Part shown: piece by piece, positions 24,813 through 36,000 of the stretch
Layout: every line of letters starts with the position of its first letter
Numbering within the stretch: the first letter of the stretch is position 1
From: Naegleria gruberi
Taxonomy: Eukaryota
DNA: 64,000 nucleotides
Strand: one strand, 5' to 3'
Assembly (NCBI GenBank): GCA_000004985.1
Contig: GG738857.1
Translations under genes and position numbers: made by a program
Notes under the pieces: model-generated
Databases searched by the model: none
What the model saw: the letters and a program-made list of their open reading frames with translations, nothing else
What the model was told of the DNA's origin: nothing

Positions 24813-25749
24813 CTAACACACGACAATTGAAATCAAGATCATTCCAAGAAACATTGCAATAGACACCAATGAAGAATCAAATAGTCCACTAGTTCCACTG
24901 CTGATATTCCTCGTAACAAACGAACCATACTTGTACGTTTCTCCAAACAATCGAATGGCACAATGTGTACAATTCTGCTTGTTATTATTCAACCAATAAA
25001 TCAAATCAATTGCATCAGCTATTATTCCCTCAACTGTTCCATCCATCACTTCCTGGAATATGCCATCATAATTCTCCTTATAAATAATGGATGCATTTGG
25101 AAAGGTGGCTTGACCCAAAGCAACAAAATAAGATCCCTTCAGAACTGTAAATGCTGGTGAAGGAGCTTTTTGTAAATCTTGAATTGAGGAATAGTTTAAG
25201 GCATGTGCCTTATTCGAAAGTAAAACTCCAGTGGAAGAACTTCCATATCCACAATTAAAATTAACTTTTCGTGCTCTTTCCTGTGAATAAATTGTATTAC
25301 TCGTGACAACATCACACAATCCACTGTCGACTGCTCTTGTCAATGTGTCAAAATATCCCAAAATGGAAGTATTAATAATGATATGATTGGCTTTCAATTT
25401 GGCATCTGGATATTTGGAATTTAAAGTGGAAACTAGTAAGTCACCTGCTTGTTTATAGAAATTTCTCCAGACATCTGTTGGTTCTTCATAACAAATGTTT
25501 AGTTTAGTTTTGGTTGTTGGAAAGGGATTCGAATTGGGATAAGAAGTTGTTCTTTCGACACAAGAAGGGACTTGGAAGGCTACTCACGACATCTGACATT
25601 GCTTTATCAATTGCTTGATAAATGTCATTCGACATGTATTGAGTTTCGGATAATGAGGGAGTAATATAGTCTGCAGAAACTCGGGGAGAAGTGAGTAGTA
25701 CAATAAATGTAAAGCAATAAAACATCAACGACAAGCAAAATAGTTTCAT
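24813..25749 (-). CDS. Secreted, membrane-anchored solute-binding-protein family 3 (amino-acid/glutamate-receptor ligand-binding-like) domain protein. The exon structure or frame between 25398 and 25560 is unresolved
   Basis: ORF 25504..25749 encodes a signal peptide (MKLFCLSLMFYCFTFIVLLTSPRVSA). ORF 24813..25397 is open upstream to about 25585 in the same frame. It carries the SBP_bac_3-like motif LTRAVDSGLCDVVTSNTIYSQERARKVNFNCGY and a hydrophobic C-terminal tail (SLVSIAMFLGMILISIVVC) that could be a GPI signal or a TM helix. A 1-nt indel in the CCCTTTCC run near 25520-25530, or an unmapped intron, would join the two ORFs. Confidence 0.4.
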
Positions 25750-26033
25750 TTCGAATAAGTTTCTCCTAGAGCTAGTTTTGTTATTTTTTTAAGAGCTAAA
25801 TACGATGTACTAGTAGACAATGTTACTGAAGTTTGAATCTTTGATTCTTATCCCTTCCTTTCAGAACATAATTTACAGAAACTAGTCCGCTATACGAAAC
25901 TTCCTTAAACATGTCACTCATTGTCAGTTGGCATATCTCTGTAAGAAATTTGGGCTTAATGTACGAAATACAATTATGAGCTCATCCAACATCATTTATA
26001 GTCATAATTTCCATTCGTTTAACTAATTAAATT

Positions 26034-27705
26034 TTATTCGAAAGTTACTATTTCAGCGTTTTGTAAAGTATCTAATAGAAAAGATTTGGCAATTTCGAAA
26101 GGTGTCGCCTCAGCAAACAAACAAGTCAGTACAATCTTGACATTTTGTTTCCATGCGAAAATACTTGCAAAAATTCTTCCCTCCACAAGAATAATCTTGT
26201 CGAAAGTTGTATTCGAAAGTAGATTCGTAATTTCAGTGGTAGAAATTGGTTTCTTTTCTGCAATTTCTTTCATAAAATCAGAAGAATCGTCCAAATCGCA
26301 TTTTGCATTCAATATAAATCGAATAGTTTCGTATTCTCCAATTAACATGCTTTCAATTCTAGTTTTCTTCTCAACAAATGAAGATAGCAAATGTAATTTC
26401 AGAAACTTTCCAATACTAAACACATTTCTTCCATTCAAGTCAGTTGATTCTCCTTTAGGCCATTCCACTTTCGTCCTTTTTGGCAATTCTTGCATTCCAA
26501 GTTGTTTCGTCTCAGGTATATATTGGAAACGAAACTCGACATGAGCTAAACGATCGATAAATAATTTCTCCTCGTAGATTCTTCCAGGTTCCAAATCTTC
26601 TGGAAAGATTGATAATTTCTCAGTTTCGAATGAAACTTTCTTTCCATTGGACGAATCAGTTCCCATTACGGTAATTCCACCATTCCATCCATTTCCTGAA
26701 AAATTGTAATTCCATTCTCCATTCTTACCACTTTCTGCATAGAAAGATCCATGAGAATTCTTGGAATTATTACAAGCTGAAAGATTAGTGACATTTGAAA
26801 GATTGACAACTCTTTCTACCCAAAAATTCATAATTCCATTTGCAACTCTACTTCTCTTTTCCTTAATTCTCAAATCTTTTGCCAATCTTTGCAAAAATGA
26901 TAAAACTTGTGCAAATTCTTGTTGATTTTCATAATCTTTTAAAACTTGTTTACAAAATCTTACAATGGATTGATCGTATTTTACAAATAAATTATGGAAA
27001 ATTTGATTATTCTGAATAGATTGAGTGTAAATCTCCATTTCATATTTGAATTGTTCACTGAAAATTTGAAATTCCATTACAATTTCATGATGATCAATTG
27101 ATTGATCAATAATCAAGTTTAAATCTTGACGATTATTGTAATGTAAAATGCCAATTCGTTCAAAATCATTTTCTCTAAACCAAACTCTTCCCAAATCTTT
27201 ATCAGATTTTTCCATTGTAAAAGTGGAAGGTAGTTCAATTGACCAAGGATAAGTTTTGTAAAGTTTGAAACCTTCTGTAAGAGTTTCAGGTGGATTTACA
27301 ATAGAAAGTGAACATTCTAAATGTAAAACACCTCCTTTATCAAATGGGAGTTCTATGTATTTGCGCAAACCAGGTTTTAATTGGTCAATTGACAATTGGC
27401 AACTTCCAATCAATTTCTAATAAACTTTCCATCAATTTAAACTAAACTAATTGACTTACATTTGATTGAAAACGATTCCAGTCATATAACCGAAACATTA
27501 TCTGCTCATCATTCTGAAGAGATGTAAATTTCACATTCAAATTCCATTCGGGATTCAAAGTCTCCTTGATTACTGACGTTTTGATTGCATCATTTTCCTT
27601 CTCTGATTTTAAATAACAAGTTAAATAGGGATCACTCGTACCAGATCTATCAGCAGCATGAATATTTGTTGCTTTGATGATTTTTAATTGCAATTCAGTT
27701 GACAT
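26034..27705 (-). CDS. C2-domain protein (N-terminal C2 followed by a domain of unknown function of about 450 aa). Exons complement(join(26034..27416,27460..27705))
   Basis: ORF 27442..27705 (MSTELQLKIIKATNIHAADRSGTSDPYLTCYLKSE...) ends at a GTAAGT donor. A 43-nt intron (27417..27459, GTAAGT...TTATTAG, phase 0) joins it in frame to ORF 26034..27413, which completes the C2 domain (KLIGSCQLSIDQLKPG...YIELPFDKGGVLHLE). Confidence 0.75.
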
Positions 27706-27871
27706 TTTTTTTTTTGATTATTATACTAATCTGACACCTGATATTTCATTACCCAATTACAACAACGTACTATCCTCATGTCAAACCACAAATTTACAAA
27801 CCATTAAACGTGATCGGTAATGAGAAGGAATTAAATTATTAATATTTAAATTATTTTTATTATTTAAAAAA

Positions 27872-30574
27872 AATGTCTGAAGATTGGGTTTGTGTTTTGT
27901 GATGCGATTTTATTAATGGGGGTGTGATGACTATCACAAATAATAGGCCGATAGGACATATGTGTTAGAAGCTGTTAAACAACGTGGAAATGCACTTAAA
28001 TATGCCGATGAAGCATTTAAAAAAGATAGAGAAATTGTATTGGAGGCTGTTAAAAAAAACGGATTAATAATTCAATATGCTGATTCATCATTGAAAAGAG
28101 ATAGAGAAATTGTATTGGAAGCTGTTAAACAGCGTGGATATGCAATTCAATATGCTGATTCATTGTTAAAGAAAGATAGAGAAATTGTATTGGAATGTGT
28201 TAAACAAGATGGATTGGCACTTGAATATGTTGATTTATCATTACAAAAAGATAGAGAAATTGTGTTGGCAGCTGTTAAACAAAATGGATTGGCACTTCGA
28301 TATGCTGATTCATCATTGAAAAAAGATAGAGAAATTGCATTGGAATCTGTTAAACAACGTGGATATGCAATTCAATATGCTGATTCGTTGTTAAAGAAAG
28401 ATAGAGAAATTGTATTGGAAGCAGTTAAACAAGATGGATTGGCACTGCAATATGCTTATTTTCAAAATGACAGAGAAATTGTATTGGAAGCTGTTAAGCA
28501 AAATGGATCAGCAGTTGAATACGCTGATTCATCATTGAAAAAAGATAGAGAATTTATATTGGAATCTGTTAAACAACATGGATTGACTCTTAAATATGCT
28601 GATTCATTATTGAAGAAAGATAGAGAAGTTGTTTCGGAAGCTGTTAAACAAGATATATTGGCACTTAAATATGTTGATTCATCATTTAAAAGAGATAGAG
28701 AATTTATATTGGAAGCAGTTAAACAACATTCATTGGCACTTGAATATGCTGATTCATCTTTACAAAGAGATATCGTTTTTACTTATTCACTTTTTAAATT
28801 GAACAAAGAAAATGCAAGAAAGTTCTCACCCTCTATAACCAAAACCATTGAAGAATCCATTAATCTTCAGAGAAAGCTGTCAAGCAATATAATTGAACAA
28901 TACTCCAAAATATTTATGGATGAAAAGGATTTATATTATGCTATTGAATTAACAAGTCTCTTTAATCCAACACCAAAAGGTACAATATTCAATTTCAATT
29001 CTATCTATACACCAATATTTATTGAAAAATTGATTATTTTTCAAATATTGAAACAAATGAACCATTCAGAATTGTCTAATGATATTATTGCTCTTATTGA
29101 TTTACAAAGTACCAAAGCTAACTATTATTTATATTGTTTCAGATTGGACAAATTTCTTGAAGATAATCCCTGTCAATCAACAAGAATGAAAGATTTGAAG
29201 AATATTGTGGAACAAGTTGCAACAAACTTTGAAACGTCATTTTATACAAAACAGGAAATTAATGAAATTATGATTTTTGCCAACAAGTGGTTTGAAAATG
29301 AGTAAACATTTGAAAATTACAAACAAATAATTTGTAAATATAACGAGCTGAGAGGAGATTTATCAAAAGTATTCAAATCTCTCAATTATTTCTATAATTA
29401 TTTCAAAAATGATTATGATTTCATTTCAGTATTAGGATATGGAGGTGAAGGTGTTGCATTCAAAGTATTTCATAAAAGTAGTAAATCATTAAGGGCATTA
29501 AAATTAAAATATGACCCAGAGGAATCTGAAGAATCAACAAAAGAAACCATTAATTTATTGAACAGAACAGACATTGAAGGAAAGATCAAATGTTTTGATT
29601 GTGAAATTATTCAAAATCATTTATATTCAGTGATGGAACTTGGAGAGGAATCATTATCAAATTACATTTCAAGAAATAATGAAAGTGAAATTTATAGAAA
29701 TGGATTCATTAAGAAGGAAAAGTTGATTGAAATTCTTGAAATATTTATCAAAGTATTGAACTCAGTTCAATCAATTCATGATCACAATATTTTACACAGA
29801 GATTTAGATCCTCAAAATATTGTCAAAGTTCAAGATTTATACAAAATTATTGATTTTGAAACATCAAGAGTTATCAAGACAGGTAATTCAATTACAATAG
29901 CTCGTGGAAAGTTTGCATACATGTCTCCTGAAGTTTCACATGATAATTATTCTGATGATTTATTGAAAAGTGGTGATGATGAAAAACTTGCTCACAATGT
30001 TGGACAAATTACCATTTCATGTGATATATTTTCATTGGGATGTATTTTATTGAAATTATTAACAAATTGTCCATTACAACTATGTTCAACATTTGTTAAT
30101 GATTCAGATGTCTCAAAATATAATGACAAGTATCCATATTTTAGTGGTCATGGAAAATATTTCTATACAGTTGTAACAACAACAGAGGGAGAAATGAAAT
30201 TACATTATGCAATTGAAAAACTAATCAATGAAACGATTAATCCAGATTTAGGAGTGAATAACATATTAATTAGAAGCATTATTAGCATGATTCAAAGAGA
30301 TTCATCAAAAAGATTGGATTGTTATTCTCACAAGTTAACAATTGAGAATATTTTGAAATTTTTGAAAGGTGAAATCAAAGATATCACTTTGAATATTGAA
30401 AAACAAGTTGGAGAATTGAAGAAAATCTCACCATTAAGAAGTTACTCTCAACTTGCTGAAGAAAATAACAAAATTACAGATGAAAAAACCAAACTTTCGG
30501 ATGAAAATAGCAACCTGTTAGAAAGAATTAAAATGTTGGAAGAGGAAATAAGAAAACTCACACAAACCATATGA
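27872..30574 (+). pseudogene. DUF4116-repeat / atypical kinase / coiled-coil family, copy B, interrupted by an in-frame TAA at 29303..29305. Exon 1 is 27872..27886 and the intron is 27887..27945
   Basis: The micro-exon ATGTCTGAAGATTGG (MSEDW) is followed by a GTTTGT...AATAG intron and an exon 2 in frame from GCCGATAGG. ORFs 27962..29305 and 29558..30574 lie in one frame. They are separated only by a TAA where every other copy has CAA (ENE*TFENYKQ against ENEQTFENYKQ). There is also an in-frame deletion in one repeat (YAYFQNDREIV). Confidence 0.7.
27946..28790 (+). repeat. Tandem 75-bp coding repeat array of family copy B (about 11 repeats)
   Basis: Periodic LEAVKQxGxALxYADSSLKKDREIV units at nucleotide level. 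Confidence 0.85.
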
Positions 30575-31190
30575 GACATACATTCACAGCATACCAAAAC
30601 TCCCTTACCTCATATATAGCTATAGATATTTAAATTCTTGCTAGTTGAGTGCCAAGTTGGTTTGATTGCAACGTCAAATCGACTGTCTTAACAATTGAAT
30701 GATCATGTGATTGGTTGTTCTAATTTCATATTATGATAGTAATTCTTCCTTAAATAACATGACAATCATTGTCATCATGATGAATTTATTGTTTTTACCT
30801 TCATTTCTTATTATCCAAACTATTATAGTATTAAGCACTGTGCTTTTAAAACATGATCTTTCAATTAACTATATAAGTAGTTGTTAAAATATTGAATAAC
30901 AGCTATTGACATTTCACCAAAATTATGTAAAATTAATTTCCAAATATTATCATTATATTGAATGGAAAAATAAATTCCAATTTCATGATGATAATTACAT
31001 TCCATTAATCTTTGTCATGAACAAAAGAGCCAATTTTGAAATGTAAAATACCATAACCCATTACTGGAAATGACTTGTGTTTCAAAGATGTAATTGCTAA
31101 ACGACATGCTTCTGGCTCCATTAATTTAGAGGCTCCCAAAAACCATTGTAAGGCACTTTTTCTATTAGATGCTCTTTTCTTGATAACGTG

Positions 31191-31634
31191 TTATCGTTCA
31201 ATTGTTTTTTTTGCCTTTGTTTCGAATACCACAAGAGTACATTCGTAAGCATTTCTCCTAGATGAATATCTTGCATCAACTGATATATCCAAAAATATTG
31301 CATCATGAATGAAGGAGTAAATCAATGCCGGAACTTCTCTTCCCAGTTCAAATGCAGAAATTAAAGGACCAAGCACTTGTTTCATTTTCTGATTTGCAAT
31401 CTTTTCCAATTCCTTGTCCATTTCTTGATTTAATACTTGACTACTACTGCTCCATAACTTGTTTGTTGCTTGATAATATGATTTCTTAATAATTATTGGC
31501 AATCCGACAAGGGTTGTAAATGTTTTAAATGATTCATAGGTAGAGTTCGAGAGTTCAAATGATTGAATAATATGTCTATTCAATTTAAGATTCCTTGGAC
31601 ATGTTCTAAAAACAAATACCGTATTACAAGCCAA
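31191..31634 (-). CDS. Hypothetical protein. It is probably part of a multi-exon gene on the minus strand spanning about 30950-31800
   Basis: A 147-aa ORF with further open segments upstream and downstream in other frames. A candidate GTAATA...TTTTTAG intron lies near 31615-31636. No recognisable domain. Confidence 0.2.
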   Translation of the reverse strand: MACNTVFVFRTCPRNLKLNRHIIQSFELSNSTYESFKTFTTLVGLPIIIKKSYYQATNKLWSSSSQVLNQEMDKELEKIANQKMKQVLGPLISAFELGREVPALIYSFIHDAIFLDISVDARYSSRRNAYECTLVVFETKAKKTIER

Positions 31635-31966
31635 GTAAAACGGAATATCTCTTCAAATCCATTTTTAGTAATTTCTCTTAAATGTATATTTGTGCTCTCA
31701 CAGATTTTACACTGTACTGGTTTCACAATACGAATCAAGTGGTCAGTTGGAATAATGGTAAGGCCGATATTTTGATTTTCTAAACTTTTAAATGGCTGTG
31801 GGTAAAAGGGTAAAATGTTACTTTCATTATTTCTCTGTGAAAGCTAGTATCTATTGATCAAAATTTGAATAATCATATGCGTGAATGCTTAAAATCCAGC
31901 AAAGTATTTGATTTTCAAAACCACAAAAAAAACAACTCTACTTTAAACTGAAAATTTGTGCTTGTT

Positions 31967-32998
31967 ATGAAAGAGTACGATATTGGACATGGTTTGACAA
32001 CTGAAGAGTATGCATGTGGAGTCAAACTTCAATTCAACTCTACTTCACCCGTTCCAATTGCCAGAGTATTCTTAATTTTGCATGCCAATGTCAAAATTAT
32101 TGACATGCATTTTAATACAAGAAAAGCACTTGGTAAACAACAACTAAGTGATTCTCAAATTAACAAATTGAACAAGTCAAAATCAATGCTTGGAATATTA
32201 GATATAGTGAATGAATATGAACCAGTTGATAATTTAATACCAACGGGAGAGTTGACCATTACTTTGGAAGAATTTGGTGGGAAAATATTCGATCTCAAGA
32301 TTTCACTTGCACTTTTCCAAAAAAGAATTGAGAATGGAAAGTCAACTTCTGGTTCATGTAGAGTGACTCAAGTGATTTGTGGCAGTACATGTCACATGTT
32401 CTTATATTCAGAAGTTACAAAGAAGGATAAGAGAGGAGCTGAAAAGAGATTGAAGGAATATTGTTCAGATGATAATATTTCAGTAGATAATGTTGACAGC
32501 TGTCAGACTAGAAGAAAAAAGAAAAAAGTCAATCAAACTCGTTGTAACTCAATTCAAATTAGAAACCAAATTTCATATGTTGAAAGATCAACTCAAATTG
32601 AAAGTGAAAACACTTCAATGAGTTCATACTTTGATGAGAAATTTGAAAATATGTTTGCAGATGCTGAAATTTGCAATACTGTTTTTAATTCGAATCAATT
32701 TAATCCAACTGTAGTGGAAACTAAACAGTCACCATGCGAAAGTTTCATTCTAGAGTCTGGTGAGGTTACTGATTTGGATATGGAACTTTTGAAGCTTTTG
32801 GTTAATAATCTTCCTCCAGTCGAAACTGTGGATTATTCTGATGAGTTTTTATCTGAAAGCGATGTGAATTTAATTAGTCAATCAAGCTTTGATAGTTATC
32901 TCAGTTCCAATAACAGTATGGATGATCTTCAAACAAATTGTTATATCTCACTACCTTGGTGTGATAAGTTTTATCTCTTTGATGTATTAGATCAATAA
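31967..32998 (+). CDS. Hypothetical protein (about 343 aa) with an acidic/Ser-rich C-terminal region
   Basis: The ORF track starts at a GTG (31958). The first in-frame ATG is at 31967 (MKEYDIGHGLTTEEYACGVKLQF...). The composition is coding-like and there is no recognisable domain. Confidence 0.45.
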   Translation: MKEYDIGHGLTTEEYACGVKLQFNSTSPVPIARVFLILHANVKIIDMHFNTRKALGKQQLSDSQINKLNKSKSMLGILDIVNEYEPVDNLIPTGELTITLEEFGGKIFDLKISLALFQKRIENGKSTSGSCRVTQVICGSTCHMFLYSEVTKKDKRGAEKRLKEYCSDDNISVDNVDSCQTRRKKKKVNQTRCNSIQIRNQISYVERSTQIESENTSMSSYFDEKFENMFADAEICNTVFNSNQFNPTVVETKQSPCESFILESGEVTDLDMELLKLLVNNLPPVETVDYSDEFLSESDVNLISQSSFDSYLSSNNSMDDLQTNCYISLPWCDKFYLFDVLDQ

Positions 32999-33080
32999 AT
33001 TCATTTATTCTTATTTAGTTTAATTTAGTTTTAATTAAATAGAATGGACATGTCTTTGAAAAAGCAAACTCTAGAGCTCA

Positions 33081-36000
33081 TTACTCTTTATTTGAAATAG
33101 CCAATGGCTTCAAATGTTGCAAAATCTCATAAATTGAATAAACTCTCTCAATGTGATTTGCTTTGGAAAGTGAATTTGCAACAACCTTAATAGCAAATGC
33201 TCTATAATGCAATTCTGGATCGGATAATAAATAGAACTTGGCACTACAATATTTTCCTTTAGCATCCCATAATAATTGTTCTTCTTGTTTCTTATTTTCG
33301 TATCCGAATCTCAATTGACCTAAATCGAATTTCTTGGTAGATTCGTTTTCTTTTGTGATGGCAGAGTTGAAAAGAATTATTCCTTCACCAGATGGATCGG
33401 CTCTTACTCCAACAAATGAATTAATTCTATTCACATTATCCGAAACTTCAGCAAAGAAATCTTGGTCTCTCAATTTGGCTGTTTCCTTAAACTTTTGAGG
33501 ATCTTGAATTTCTTTCAATTCTGGATGCATATAAACTACTTCTACTGTTTTAGTTTCACCCAAAGAATCGACTAAACTAAACTTAAACGTACTAGGATAT
33601 GGGAAATAATGAGGAACCAAACTAGTAGCATGATTATTGTATTCTGGATTTTCTCCTTCGCAAATCGTCTTACCATTAACGTTATAATTAACAGTTTCGC
33701 CTGGATTAATATTGAAATTACTCAAATGCACATATTCACCTTGATCTGTGCTTTCTTTGTAAACTACTTCAACTTCTTCAGTGAACTTGTTCTTTACAAA
33801 GGTTTTAATGAGAGCTGGTTGCCAATAAGTAACATCTGCTGCATATGTGAAAGGAATCCATTTCTTATCATGATCTAAATATTCGATTTTCATGGAAACT
33901 ACTGAAATAGTTGTGTTGGTTGGGTTGACAAAACGAAGATTGAGAAGTTCGAATTCTACCTTACCAATGTTGATGTAGATTGGAGTGAAGGAGCTTCTGG
34001 TTTGGATATTGGTAGAGGTTGAGCTGTCAGGAAGAATAATATTGATTTGACTTGTTCCCGCCAAAATTGGGTTGACCAATTTGGATAGATCATTGTCAAG
34101 TTGTTTAACTGGACCCATTCCTTCAGAGATTGGTTTGAATTTTTCAGAGACGTATTTGGAATAGTACTTTTCCAAGGCAACCAAATCTTTGATATTGAGT
34201 TTATCGGTGGCAAAATCATGGTTGACTGGACGAAGTGTTCCAGTAACTGTTGGAGCAGCAATAAATTCACCAAAACCGAATAATTTGAAAGTACCTAATA
34301 ATAATACATCTCTTGTTTCAAATTTCCAATATTTTGCCTTAAATCCAGTTGAACTATCACTCAGTTCAAATCTATTCAAATTTGGATAAACTTTTGACTG
34401 TTCCATATTCTTACCAAATGGAATCCAAGGTTCATTAAGTCTAATCTTGTAATAAACTTGAATGTCTGAAGCGAATTTCTTTTGATTCTTTTCATCATAC
34501 AAGGCATGAGTATAATATTCAATATATTTAAAGAATTGAATTTTGTTGTAACCAATAATTAAAGTTCCATATTCAGAACAAATACCATATTCTGCTGAAT
34601 CATCCAATAGACCTGCGATGGTATTCTCAGCCCTTTGCTCAGTTTCAAGGGAGGATGGTTGCTTATTTCCCAAAACTTCATCCTCATCCAATCCAACATA
34701 AATTTCATCAGGAACTAGACAGTTGACTTGATTTCCCTTGTAAGGTGTCAAGTGGGGAGCTTCTTGTTGCTCTCTTGAGAGAATCACTCCGTTCAAACTA
34801 TTGTATGGAACGAAAGGAGCTACTGCAAAGAATTGAATCATGCCAAATGAGAAATCTCCACAAACTCTTTCGAATTTGAAGAATCGAGCATTGATTCCTT
34901 CTCCATCGAATTTGATAATGTTTAGTTTAGGCCAGTGATAGAAATTACCAGAAAGTGGTCGAACACGAGTCCACAGATCATTTTCATTAACTTTGGAGTA
35001 TAAAACGAGTGACGTTTTGAGCTCGTCCGAAAATTGAATCTTTTCATGTTTCATAAATTCAAAATATTTGAATTGGAAGACAGCTTCAAATTCGAGAATC
35101 AAATAATTGTGAACTGATTGAGCTATGGATGTACCGTATTTACCATTATCATCAAGAATACCCTCAATTGAGTTGTTTGCCTTATTTGAATTTTGGGAGG
35201 TGAGAATCTTGATTGGTGCAACAACATTCACATCAGGACAAGTGCTTTCCGTATAGATTGGATCCACAAGATTAGATGGAGAAAGTTTTGTAACTTGTGG
35301 ATTTTCCTTTCTACTCAATTCAACCTTAATCTCCTTATGCAACTCTGAACCAATCTTGACTTGTTGAGCTGGTGCAAATGCATAAAATCTCATCATACCT
35401 GCAGCTAACGTACCAGTCATTCCTTGATGTGGTTTTTGTACAAAACGAATGTGTTTTGCCTTCAAACCAACCTCACCAAAATCCAACATGAAAACTCCCT
35501 TAACACTTGTAGTAAGGGAATAAACTTTTCTGTAAGTAAGCCAATTATCTCTATTGGTGAGCTTGTATTCGACGAGTGTGTCGATGAGGGAGCAGGTTTG
35601 GTATCTTCCTGTGCCATCCTTTTTTTCGTATTGATCACTTTTTTCGTGGTTTCTGAAAGTCATGACTCTGAAATTGTAAACTCTGTCAAATGCCATTTCA
35701 ATGAATGAGGAAGTTCCGGAGCTTGTGCTGAATCCCTCTTTACCATCTGGTTTCGATAAATCTTCAATTGCTTTAGGGTCTGCTTTTTGACGTGCATTAG
35801 AAGTATTTCTATAAAGGGATACAGGTTTAATCAAGTTGATTTCTTGACATCCTGGATAGGGATCTTCCAAAAACTTTGCATATTCTTCTTTTGATAGAAG
35901 TGGACCAGACTTGGTTTTGACTGCTACGAATGGGGCGTATCCAAAAGGTCTAAACATACCAATTTCAAGGCAACTGTCAGCTGCCACCAATCTCAATCTC

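Noticed and set aside
25515-25540. TTCGAATCC T-loop-like sequence that could indicate a tRNA gene.
   Set aside because: The flanking bases cannot form a 5-bp T-stem or the acceptor and anticodon arms. It lies inside a coding frame on the minus strand.
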